Shown here in pieces: positions 1 to 8,481 of a stretch of DNA of 64,000 bases. The position numbers and the translations under genes were made by a program. This DNA is from Amphiscolops sp. MND2022 (taxonomy: Eukaryota): the NCBI GenBank assembly GCA_964187785.1, contig OZ076413.1:58032001-58096000 (forward strand), given 5' to 3'. Positions within the stretch are counted from its first letter, which is position 1. The number at the start of each line of letters is the position of its first letter. The notes below the pieces were generated by a model. It worked only from the letters and a program-made list of their open reading frames with translations, searched no databases and was not told where the DNA came from.

Positions 1-373
1 TAGCTACCAAACACAATCGTATAAATCGAAGCAAAGAATGTGTCACGAGTCTACTTTGGAGACGGATTGGTCGGAAAAAAAGGAGACGACACTCACCAGC
101 AACAACCAACAGAGGGCCACAACACACTATAGCGTCGCTGATGAATATTGTTCAAATGCAGATTGTTGTCGCGACTCGTCTATTGGAAATTTTGCAACAA
201 CATTCTTCATCTGAAATTTCCACAACCACCACAAATGACATCAGCACAATAACCGAGTAATTTTCCTTTGCAAGCCTACCTTGCCAATTCAAATCATTAC
301 CTTTGTTCACTACCTACAGTTCAGTTGTTATTTGCTGATTCAAAAAATTTTGACAAAATAAAAAATTTTCATC

Positions 374-1009
374 ATGTCATCAACTGCTGTCATCAACCCT
401 GTTGATTGTAAAGTGTTGAAATGTTTTAAAGTTGAAGTTAGTACAAAACGTTACCTTTTAATTACCGTTAAAACCTATCCGTCTTCTTCAGAAAGCTATA
501 CAAGTATTCAACTGTTCAAGTTGGATGAAGAGACCAAGGAATACACACCACAAAAGTATTTGACTCTCAAGTTTCAAGAATTAAACAAAATTCCTTGGGA
601 CGACGTTTACACCAACGTTGTCAATGTCTTCGACTTTTCACTAGACATTCGCATGCCGTACCACAAGAATGATATGGACTATTTTGACTTCATCTTTGAT
701 GTTCAAGACTTTATCTCAAACAAATCGAGAGTCGTCAGAGTAGCTTCCAAGCGTTATCCTCAAGCAACCTACTTGTACTTAAAACTCTTTATTCAACATC
801 AAAAGCGCTGGAAAATGCAACAAACGATAGACATTTCTTGGATGGAGCTATCTCATTTACTGAGCGTTGTCAAAGAGATTCAGAGCTACCCAAATGGAAT
901 ACCTAAAGAAGGAAGTCCAATCACAGAGACTGGTTTATTTCGTCCAATCGCAACATTGACTAACCCAGAAATCAGCAGCAGCAGCAGCGTCAGTAGCAAT
1001 AACCATTAA
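374..1009 (+). CDS. Polinton accessory protein with two putative PC4-like (ssDNA-binding) repeats
   Basis: Intact 211-aa ORF. Two internally similar segments (KRYLLITVKTY..YTSIQLFK..EYTPQKYLTLKFQELNKI and SRVVRVASKRY..YLYLKLF..WKMQQTIDISWMELSHL) show a beta-strand series plus helix pattern like PC4. The fold call is inference. Confidence 0.55.
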   Translation: MSSTAVINPVDCKVLKCFKVEVSTKRYLLITVKTYPSSSESYTSIQLFKLDEETKEYTPQKYLTLKFQELNKIPWDDVYTNVVNVFDFSLDIRMPYHKNDMDYFDFIFDVQDFISNKSRVVRVASKRYPQATYLYLKLFIQHQKRWKMQQTIDISWMELSHLLSVVKEIQSYPNGIPKEGSPITETGLFRPIATLTNPEISSSSSVSSNNH

Positions 1010-1069
1010 CAAATTTTTTGAGTGCTTCATTACCTCTCTTACTCTTACAGAATTTAGTTGCTTGCTTGC

Positions 1070-1684
1070 ATGATGGCTGATTTCAACTACATTATTACGT
1101 TTGTTTTGGATGTGGAGTTTTTAGAAGTTGACGTAGTTAAAGAAATTAGTGTAACCACACCGTACCACTCTGTATCTTTATCATTCAAACCTCCCAGACC
1201 ATGGAAAGATCTAACCCGTGAAGAACAACTGGATTACAACAACAATAACAACACTCTCAATGTTCCGTGGGATGAAGGCGCTATTGACTATAAGGAACTG
1301 AGGAACGCTGTATACACCCTCATTCCACCAGGAGTCATGAAGTATGCAAAAGGAGTGCAAAAGTGTGACTTTTTCTCTCGTTTTTTCCATTTCAAAATTC
1401 ACAATTTGGAAGACATGGGCTGCCCTGACGCCTCTGCAATCCAATATTTGATAAATAAGAACATTAAGGAGAACAACGACAACGACGACGACGACGACAA
1501 GGAGAACAGGCCGTTGTGTCCCAATTTTCCCAAATATCCCAATCATTATGAAAAATGTGCAGCCATCAATAGTAAGCTTTATCTCAAGTGGTTAGCCAAT
1601 AAAATTAAAGAAGATCCTGCTGCTGCGGAAATGGCGCGAAAGACTTCCCCGCTGCGCAACGATGCAGCACTCATACTTATGTAA
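1070..1684 (+). CDS. DEDD/DnaQ-like 3'-5' exonuclease-fold protein typical of Polintons
   Basis: Motifs LDVEF..KEI, FKPPRPW, W.EG..DY, YAKG..K, NLEDMGCP and CA..N...LKW. ATG at 1070 is preferred to the TTG at 1058. Confidence 0.7.
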   Translation: MMADFNYIITFVLDVEFLEVDVVKEISVTTPYHSVSLSFKPPRPWKDLTREEQLDYNNNNNTLNVPWDEGAIDYKELRNAVYTLIPPGVMKYAKGVQKCDFFSRFFHFKIHNLEDMGCPDASAIQYLINKNIKENNDNDDDDDKENRPLCPNFPKYPNHYEKCAAINSKLYLKWLANKIKEDPAAAEMARKTSPLRNDAALILM

Positions 1685-1713
1685 TTATCATCATCATTTG
1701 TTAAATTTGCAGC

Positions 1714-1977
1714 ATGACTGATCAGCCGGACCTTGCAGTGCAAGAATTCGTTTTTGATGAGAATAACCAAGAACGCAAGCCTTGGACACTTTGCGGCAAG
1801 CCTATTCCACGGTCCGAAATTGTCTTTTTCAGTCAATTACTTGTCATTCTTATGGTTATCTCATTTTGTATTTTCAAACTTTCTGTATCATCTTCAAACT
1901 ATAAAGACAAGCCGGTTTGGATTGCCTTGCTGGCCAGTGCACTGGGATCTATTCTACCCAATCCGACACTGAAATGA
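1714..1977 (+). CDS. Small two-transmembrane Polinton protein
   Basis: 87 aa with two hydrophobic segments (IVFFSQLLVILMVISFCIFKL and VWIALLASALGSILPNP). Its stop overlaps the ATPase start (ATGA). Confidence 0.75.
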   Translation: MTDQPDLAVQEFVFDENNQERKPWTLCGKPIPRSEIVFFSQLLVILMVISFCIFKLSVSSSNYKDKPVWIALLASALGSILPNPTLK

Positions 1978-2708
1978 ACAAGGTCATTCCCACTGACAAC
2001 CATGTGTTTATGTCTCTTGTTGGTCCATCCGGCTCTGGAAAGACTACTCTTTTGTATAAACTTTTAACCTTGCCAGTGTTTCAACCAAGGTACCAATCTG
2101 TAATTTTTTTCTATCAACATTATCAAGAAGCGTACGAAAAATTGAAGCGAGATGTTGAAGAAATTGAATTCATACAAGGACTAGACTTTGATTTGATCAA
2201 TCAATCATTTACACATGACGGAAAAAAACGCTTGCTAATTTTCGATGACTTTTCAGAGGAACTTTTAAAATCTAAAGATTTCACTCGGATTGCTACCGCT
2301 GGTAGACACTTGGGCTTGCATGTTTTGTATATTAAGCATAATTTATTTCATAAATCACCCATTGGAAGAGACGTAGAGTTGCAGTTGACTCATATTGTGC
2401 TTTTTCAATCTCCCCGTGACATTAATCAAATTGAACGACTTGGGCAACAGTTGGGCAAGCAAAAATTTTTACCTCTATGCTATAAGGATGCCACATCCAA
2501 ACCTTTTGGATTTCTCATGATTGATCTGTCACCCAAAACATTGGATCTTTTACGATTTTGTACAAATTTGGAGCCAACAGTTTTCTATATACCCAGTGAA
2601 AAGGCCCGCATTACAGAGATTGACGATGACTACACAACAAGTTATTACGCTGCAGCATTTCAAGAGTCTTTCACTGGCCGACCGGTTGGACATGTTGAAA
2701 AGATGTGA
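1974..2708 (+). CDS. A32/FtsK-HerA family DNA packaging ATPase
   Basis: Walker A GPSGSGKT, Walker B LLIFDD, and downstream GRH and HNLF motifs. ATG at 1974 overlaps the upstream TGA. Confidence 0.93.
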   Translation: MNKVIPTDNHVFMSLVGPSGSGKTTLLYKLLTLPVFQPRYQSVIFFYQHYQEAYEKLKRDVEEIEFIQGLDFDLINQSFTHDGKKRLLIFDDFSEELLKSKDFTRIATAGRHLGLHVLYIKHNLFHKSPIGRDVELQLTHIVLFQSPRDINQIERLGQQLGKQKFLPLCYKDATSKPFGFLMIDLSPKTLDLLRFCTNLEPTVFYIPSEKARITEIDDDYTTSYYAAAFQESFTGRPVGHVEKM

Positions 2709-2931
2709 GGACAATTTCATTGAGTTTCTGGCCGAATCAGTTGTAAACATTTTGCAAGGTGTAGTGCCCGGAATCAGGCGGAAAGACATTGAAAAGTTCA
2801 AGCCACAAATTGTGCGAATCATTTCGACCAAAGCAACTCTTGCGGAACAGCGGGCCATATTCACTTCCCGAAAGGGGCTCTTGTTGCTAGATGTTATTAT
2901 CGAGCATGTTATTCAATACTTTTTAAGTTAG
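2626..2931 (+). CDS. Conserved small Polinton protein (probable virion component)
   Basis: Pattern FIEFLAESVVNILQGVVP..IEKFK..IVRI..G.LLL resembles the small ORF usually adjacent to the Polinton ATPase. It overlaps the ATPase 3' end. Confidence 0.65.
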   Translation: MTTQQVITLQHFKSLSLADRLDMLKRCEDNFIEFLAESVVNILQGVVPGIRRKDIEKFKPQIVRIISTKATLAEQRAIFTSRKGLLLLDVIIEHVIQYFLS

Positions 2932-2936
2932 TAGTA

Positions 2937-3656
2937 ATGGAATTGAAAAAATTTGTATTGATACCTTTTTCACAGTACAAGAGTCAATTGGCATCGAGTA
3001 GGCCTGTCAGCACAGTATTGTACGATTCAAAATTGACCAATGAGGAAAAGACTAAAATTTTGCCTACATTGGACAGAAAAAAAAGGAGAGCTGCTGCTGT
3101 TGTAAGCACGCCCACCACCACGGTCACTGCTAGCACCGTACCTGCAAGTAGTAGTAGTAGTAGTACAACAAAGACTATTGATCGTCAAAAGGAGGCAATT
3201 TTGTTGGATGTGGGTGGAAGCGAAACTACTCAAAGACGTAGCGCTTCGTTGTACGACAAAATTTTGTCTAACCCAAAAATAGAATTGACAAGTGAAGGTA
3301 CAATTAAGCTGGAAAATTCCGACACAGACATTCCTCTCAGCACATTTTTATATAGATTACAGAACCCTTTTCCAAAAAGTAGTCCAGTAACACGACAGTT
3401 TTTGGACATTGTTGAAAATGTGAAAATCCCCGAACACTTGATTGCAAATCAGTCTCTGTTGAAACATCAAAGAAGTAGACAAAATAAAGCTCCTCCTCCT
3501 CCTCTCGGTGGCTCGGACGACGACGCCGACGATGACGAAGAGGACTTTGAAAGCGTCGACGAAGGTGCAGGTAGCAGCAGCAGCAGGGCAACAAGCAGCA
3601 AGGAAAAGAAAGGAAAAGAATGGTATTCAGTCAAGGGCGAAAAGAAACAATTTTGA
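2937..3656 (+). CDS. Polinton protein of unknown function upstream of the integrase
   Basis: Intact 239-aa ORF starting MELKKFVLIP, with Ser/Pro/Asp low-complexity tracts. Its position matches the Polinton layout. Confidence 0.7.
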   Translation: MELKKFVLIPFSQYKSQLASSRPVSTVLYDSKLTNEEKTKILPTLDRKKRRAAAVVSTPTTTVTASTVPASSSSSSTTKTIDRQKEAILLDVGGSETTQRRSASLYDKILSNPKIELTSEGTIKLENSDTDIPLSTFLYRLQNPFPKSSPVTRQFLDIVENVKIPEHLIANQSLLKHQRSRQNKAPPPPLGGSDDDADDDEEDFESVDEGAGSSSSRATSSKEKKGKEWYSVKGEKKQF

Positions 3657-4584
3657 AAAAGACAGAGAAAAAAGGTTGTTGGAAAAGGCTTGGAAGAGTG
3701 GTTTCTCAGCATATGGATCGCGTCAGAATTTGCAAAAAGCTACAAAATTGTCCGTGAAAAAAGTTGATGCCTTTTTGCAAGGTAAAAACTCCTACACAAA
3801 ATTTTTCATTCCCCAGCGTAGATCCTATCCCCGATTGACGACACTTGCTTTCGACATTAACGACATTTGGTGCATGGACGTTGCTTACGTCGATAAAATT
3901 GCCATGCCAAATGATGGTGTAAAATTTTTACTAGTCTGTGTAGATGTCTTGTCACGCTACTTGAGAGTGGAACCACTGAAGCGCCTGACATCTGTTGCTG
4001 TGAAAGATGGTCTAGTTGCCATGTTAAATAAATGCCCGACAGTACATCCCAACAAAATTTGGACCGATCAAGGTCGAGAGTTTGAGGGAGAATTTCGCAA
4101 GTTTTGCAAAACTGTAGGAATACACCAATATAATTCGTTCAGCGGTACAAAAGCAGCGTTTGCTGAGCGAGCCATTAGAGCTTTGAAGGCCCAAATTGTT
4201 CGGTATCTCGAAGAGGAGTGGATGTGGCGCTATATTGACAAGTTGCCAGACTTTGTAAAAACTCTCAACGACCGTGTGAATCGATCAATTGGTATGGCAC
4301 CGTCAAAAGTTGAGAAAAAACATGTGCTCAAACTTATCGCACTCAAACAAAGGTCTGCAGTGATGAAAGAAAAAAAGGCCAAGTACAAGGTGGGCGACTT
4401 TGTACGCATTGCTTCAAAGAATGTACCCTTTAGAAAAGGATATCTGCAACAGTTTACAAATGAAATTTTTTCCATTTCCACCGTGTTCTCCACTCATCCA
4501 CCGTCTTACATTTTGCGCGATGAAAAAGGCCAAGAAATTCAGGGCAAATTTTACGAAGCTGAGATTATTAAAGTACTTAAGTGA
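3532..4584 (+). CDS. Retroviral-like (c-integrase) DDE integrase of the Polinton
   Basis: Catalytic triad in WCMD, WTDQG.EF and FAER; LVCVDVLSRY; C-terminal KYKVGDFVRI...KGY...GKFY region. The start is uncertain (GTG 3508 or ATG 3532). Confidence 0.93.
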   Translation: MTKRTLKASTKVQVAAAAGQQAARKRKEKNGIQSRAKRNNFEKDREKRLLEKAWKSGFSAYGSRQNLQKATKLSVKKVDAFLQGKNSYTKFFIPQRRSYPRLTTLAFDINDIWCMDVAYVDKIAMPNDGVKFLLVCVDVLSRYLRVEPLKRLTSVAVKDGLVAMLNKCPTVHPNKIWTDQGREFEGEFRKFCKTVGIHQYNSFSGTKAAFAERAIRALKAQIVRYLEEEWMWRYIDKLPDFVKTLNDRVNRSIGMAPSKVEKKHVLKLIALKQRSAVMKEKKAKYKVGDFVRIASKNVPFRKGYLQQFTNEIFSISTVFSTHPPSYILRDEKGQEIQGKFYEAEIIKVLK

Positions 4585-4626
4585 AAAAAATACATTTCAC
4601 AAATCATTTTTCAGCTTTAATCGACA

Positions 4627-5091
4627 ATGAGTGGTTCATTCCACAAACAAAACCCATTAAACAATTATTACCGTGGTCCCGTTAGACAAAGAGGAAGTGG
4701 CATTGGGTCTTTAGCCCTCAAAGTTGCACGTCATGCACTACCACTTTTGTCCAAGTACGTTTTGCCCTCTGCCAAAAGAGTGCGAAAAGATTTTGCTTTG
4801 AATTTGTTGCCCGAAGTATTTGATGTTGTCACCGGTCGTGGTGGTGAACCAGCAACATCTTCAAGCATTAAAAAGGCAGTAAAGCGTGCAGCGGGAAAAA
4901 CAGTAAAGAAACAATTGGGCACTGGTGCAGCAAAAAAGAAGAGACGACAACAGTCAGTTGGAAAGAGTTCCAAGACCAAAAACAGTCGCACAGCAAAAAA
5001 GGGCCGCAAAAAAACATCAGGAGGCAAAACAACAACAACAAAAAAGACTCAAAAACGCAAAAAGATTGACATTTTTCAAAACTTGCCTTGA
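4627..5091 (+). CDS. pVII-like basic core protein
   Basis: YYRG..RQRGSGIGS motif followed by a very Lys/Arg-rich C-terminus. It contains Gly-rich sites (RGSG, GRGG) resembling adenain cleavage sites. Confidence 0.75.
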   Translation: MSGSFHKQNPLNNYYRGPVRQRGSGIGSLALKVARHALPLLSKYVLPSAKRVRKDFALNLLPEVFDVVTGRGGEPATSSSIKKAVKRAAGKTVKKQLGTGAAKKKRRQQSVGKSSKTKNSRTAKKGRKKTSGGKTTTTKKTQKRKKIDIFQNLP

Positions 5092-5126
5092 CGGTCAATA
5101 ACATTCGTAATATTATTCTCAAAACA

Positions 5127-6425
5127 ATGACGACGACGGCGGCGCACATAATACCTAAACCGGCAACCCACTCTAGTCTGGACATTTTTTCTAAGCCAGA
5201 AGTGCTTGTGTCTTTTGATAACTCTTTTGAACAAGAAACGTTGCCAGTCACTGCACACGATGCACCAGTTTTTGAGTTTGTACTCACCACTGATCGAAAC
5301 ATTTACTTGGATTTGCAAAGCGTCGAATTAAAGTTGGAGGCAAAAATTGGAAAGGGCGCCAATGGCAATACTAATTTGGAGACGGAGTTGGCTGGAGGCA
5401 ACACTGTAGCTAAAGCAACCGACAAAGTCAGCTTCATCAACAACACTCTACACTCCTTCTTTTCCAATTGTGACATTTTAATCAACAATGAAATTGTACA
5501 CACGTCCAACAATTTGTATGCACAGAGAGCTTTTGTTGAAACGGAACTGTCCCACACACAGGGCTGTGCCACAACAAAGCTCATTACGCAAGGCTACAAC
5601 TTTGAGCCCGCCACCGGTGATATGCTTGCCCACCGAGAAACATGGACCTTAGGTTCCGCTTCAAAGACATTTTATGGAAAACTGGCGGTGGATTTCCTGG
5701 CTTGTGATCAACTTCTCATTCCCAACTGTTCTATGCGAATTCGACTGACACGGAACAAGCCCGAATACTTGCTGCAAAGTGCTGTCACCAACCCTGCCTT
5801 CACCCCAAAAATTGAACGAGTGTCAATTTTTGCTCGTTACTACACTGTTGCCGAAAACTATCACGTCAATTTACAACGATCTCTACTCAAGTGGCCTGCT
5901 AGATACAACTATTTTGAAGTACGCAGCAAGACATTTGTGATTCCAAGGGACCAAAGTCATTTCATTCGTGAAGATATTTTCAATGCAGAACCCATTAGAC
6001 GCATGGTACTGGCCATGTGTCCCAACAATCAGTTTACTGGACGTTGGACAGACACTCCGCTCGCATTCCACAAACACAATTTGAAGAAAGTGCGAGTATT
6101 GCGGAATGGTGTATCAGTGGTGGAATATAGCACAAGTTCCAACACTCAACTTTACTTTAAGACTATTCAAAACCTCCATTTCGATCAAGACGGTCCCCTA
6201 ATCAAGTTGGACAATTATGAAAATCACTACTATCTAGTTTTCGACCTTACCTCCACACTACAGTGCAATCAAGAAATTTACTACCCCGAAATTGTGGGAG
6301 CACCAATACGGATCGAGCTCGAATTTTCGACCAACACTAGCACGCCTTTGGAGCTGTTTGTGCTGGGAGAACGATTTACAACAGTTCAAATTGATCATAC
6401 AGGCAAAGTGTTGAAACATGGATAG
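5127..6425 (+). CDS. Polinton major capsid protein (double jelly-roll, hexon-like)
   Basis: About 430 aa with FEF...D..YLDLQS..L, FINN.LHS.F..CD.LIN, LLIPN..MRI.L.R and a C-terminal FDL....IRIELEF..L pattern. Gene order pVII-MCP-protease fits. Confidence 0.88.
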   Translation: MTTTAAHIIPKPATHSSLDIFSKPEVLVSFDNSFEQETLPVTAHDAPVFEFVLTTDRNIYLDLQSVELKLEAKIGKGANGNTNLETELAGGNTVAKATDKVSFINNTLHSFFSNCDILINNEIVHTSNNLYAQRAFVETELSHTQGCATTKLITQGYNFEPATGDMLAHRETWTLGSASKTFYGKLAVDFLACDQLLIPNCSMRIRLTRNKPEYLLQSAVTNPAFTPKIERVSIFARYYTVAENYHVNLQRSLLKWPARYNYFEVRSKTFVIPRDQSHFIREDIFNAEPIRRMVLAMCPNNQFTGRWTDTPLAFHKHNLKKVRVLRNGVSVVEYSTSSNTQLYFKTIQNLHFDQDGPLIKLDNYENHYYLVFDLTSTLQCNQEIYYPEIVGAPIRIELEFSTNTSTPLELFVLGERFTTVQIDHTGKVLKHG

Positions 6426-6843
6426 TGCAGCCTTGCTACAAGTTATTTCCAAAATTCCCGCACTAAAATATCGATACTTGGGTTGCTTCGACCCCAATAC
6501 TTTCATTTTCCCAATGCCAATAGACACTTTTCAAATTGTAAACACCACTACAGACGTTGAGGGACATTGGATAACGTTGATTCGCTTATCCAACGGTTTT
6601 CACTATTTTGGAGATTCCCTGAAAGCAACAAGTTTGAATCAGTACCCAATGTTGTTTACGCGACTGCCAGAACCGAAGACATCAACAAAAACAACATTAT
6701 TTCTACCTTTGAACACTTCAATAAAGCAGGTCGATTCCTTGTGTGGTCTCTATTGTATTTATTTTGCATGGAACTTGTTTGATAATACACCTAAAGTAAC
6801 GAATGACTTTGAATTGTATCAATTGTTTTGTAATCTTTTATAG
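6418..6843 (+). CDS. Adenain-like cysteine protease
   Basis: IVNT...GHW (His), FGDS (Asp) and Q...SLCGLYC (Gln, Cys) catalytic motifs. Confidence 0.9.
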   Translation: MDSAALLQVISKIPALKYRYLGCFDPNTFIFPMPIDTFQIVNTTTDVEGHWITLIRLSNGFHYFGDSLKATSLNQYPMLFTRLPEPKTSTKTTLFLPLNTSIKQVDSLCGLYCIYFAWNLFDNTPKVTNDFELYQLFCNLL

Positions 6844-6877
6844 AAAAAAAATGTTTGTAAAGAAAGTTTTTTTTTTT

Positions 6878-7777
6878 TCAAACAGTAATTGCAGGCACAT
6901 GTTTTTTGCGAAAATGTAAATTTAAAACAACAAGACCCAAACTGGTAAAGGGAATTAATTTTCCCTTCATATCTCGAATCTCAATCTGTATACTATTGAA
7001 ATTATCCAAACAAACATTTCGATACTGCAAATTGGAAAAGGATCGGTTGTCGTAAGGGTATATGACAATCAAATCCTCATTTTTCGTTCGTTGACGAAAT
7101 GTGAAGGCACGTAAAAGTTGGTTCTTCACATTGCCCACGTTACTAAAGTCTACAATATCACTGTATACAAAAATTGTGTGAAAACGTGCGATATCACAAG
7201 GGTAGGGAGCAATGATTTGGTTGGCTTCACAGTACACAGCATCCGTTCCCAATCCCAAAATTTGAGCCAAGTCATCACTTTGAATTTTGAAGTATACACG
7301 GCTCTGTCCTTCTGTAGTTCCTTCAAACGTGAATGAAAGGTTCAAAGTTTCCTCGTTGTAAGCAAAGGTCATTGTCCTCTCCATGTTTGTAAAAGTAGCA
7401 ATTTGAGAATTCATTGCGTCAATAATTTGACCAATTTCTGTGTAACAACCCTTTGGAATGTTAAAAGAACGATATTGATTCAAAAAGGGCACATCTGGAT
7501 AACTATTTATAAGTTCCTTGCTGACAGTATCAGGTTTGTTTACAACAACGCGATATCGTTGAAGAGTCGGTGTAGGAATATAGCCTAGCGTGAATTCACC
7601 GTCGGTGACATTGTATACTCGGTTTGGGAACGAAATGTCTGTGAGTGCAACTTCCCATTCACTGCCTCTGCCCAAATTGATTGGATTTGACATAAAGTTT
7701 GAGAAAAATGCCAGAGTATTATTTGGATAAATGTCCAAACTTGCATTAGACAATAGATCAATATAAAAGGAAGTCAT
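6878..7777 (-). CDS. Polinton minor capsid protein (penton-like)
   Basis: FYI.L.SNAS.D.YP.NT..F, WEVAL..ISFP, FVYSDIV...VG....LLR and I.IEIRD..G..IPF..G...L.LHFRK motifs. Confidence 0.88.
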   Translation of the reverse strand: MTSFYIDLLSNASLDIYPNNTLAFFSNFMSNPINLGRGSEWEVALTDISFPNRVYNVTDGEFTLGYIPTPTLQRYRVVVNKPDTVSKELINSYPDVPFLNQYRSFNIPKGCYTEIGQIIDAMNSQIATFTNMERTMTFAYNEETLNLSFTFEGTTEGQSRVYFKIQSDDLAQILGLGTDAVYCEANQIIAPYPCDIARFHTIFVYSDIVDFSNVGNVKNQLLRAFTFRQRTKNEDLIVIYPYDNRSFSNLQYRNVCLDNFNSIQIEIRDMKGKLIPFTSLGLVVLNLHFRKKHVPAITV

Positions 7778-7833
7778 TTTAGGGAACTGGATAGGAAACA
7801 CAGAATTTGATTGAATGAGAGTCACTCACTCAT

Positions 7834-8481
7834 TCATTCATCTTCACTGCTGCTGCTGGAGCCAATCATCAGCTTTACCCTCTTTAGATTTTTCTTTTTT
7901 GGTTGGCGACAACGTTTTTCGTCGTCGTCGACATCCGCCGCTGCTCTAGTTTCTGCGTTGCTATCTGTATTATCGGATATCGACCAATAAGATCGTAAGG
8001 ATTCTTCGTATTCTTGTGTTCCCAACTGATTCTCCGTAATGGGCACTAGCGTGTTTTCCAAACGATTGAACTCTCTTCTCAATTCCAGACTCAAACAACC
8101 TGGATGTGTGCACTCCATTTCTTTCCAGTCATACGTTTCCAACATTAAATCAACAGAGTATTGACGGGGCAGTTGTGGCGGACTAGGAGCTGTCAAGTCA
8201 AAAACACTTTGGTTATCAGTCTCACTTTCTCCTTCTTCCTCTTGCTCGTCGTTGTCGTCGTCGTCGTTCGATCTGAGCATTTTTTTTGCCGTATCAACTG
8301 TAACTTGAGCACTAATTAGGTGCAATAAATGTAGCGGTAGGAGAAAAGACTCAACAATTTTCCATTCATCATTTGTTGCTGAGTTTTTCACTTCCTTTAT
8401 TAGGATTGCCGACGCTCCGAAATGTGTCTTGTAGGCAAATATACGTTCGACATCATTACGTTGTGTGAATATGTAAATCAT
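7834..8481 (-). CDS. Polinton accessory protein with an acidic low-complexity middle and a possible N-terminal PC4-like domain
   Basis: Intact ORF co-oriented with the penton gene. ATG at 8481 (MIYIF) is preferred to the TTG at 8499. Confidence 0.65.
   Translation of the reverse strand: MIYIFTQRNDVERIFAYKTHFGASAILIKEVKNSATNDEWKIVESFLLPLHLLHLISAQVTVDTAKKMLRSNDDDDNDEQEEEGESETDNQSVFDLTAPSPPQLPRQYSVDLMLETYDWKEMECTHPGCLSLELRREFNRLENTLVPITENQLGTQEYEESLRSYWSISDNTDSNAETRAAADVDDDEKRCRQPKKKNLKRVKLMIGSSSSSEDE

Larger units (their letters stand above)
374..8481. mobile_element. Polinton/Maverick (adintovirus-like endogenous virus), partial; pPolB and TIRs not seen in the window
   Basis: Compact, abutting or overlapping intact ORFs encode an A32-like ATPase, a DDE integrase, a pVII-like protein, a major capsid, a cysteine protease and a minor capsid. 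This is the canonical Polinton gene set minus pPolB. Boundaries are given by the outermost ORFs only. Confidence 0.93.

Noticed and set aside
1-260. Open frames at the window start
   Set aside because: Two frames are open but neither has a recognisable motif. It is possibly the end of a Polinton gene outside the window.
1917-1973. Upstream start for the ATPase, and likewise the starts at 2521, 5088, 7825 and 8499
   Set aside because: These are alternative-codon or upstream-Met extensions, mostly overlapping neighbouring genes. Downstream ATGs fit the conserved N-termini better.
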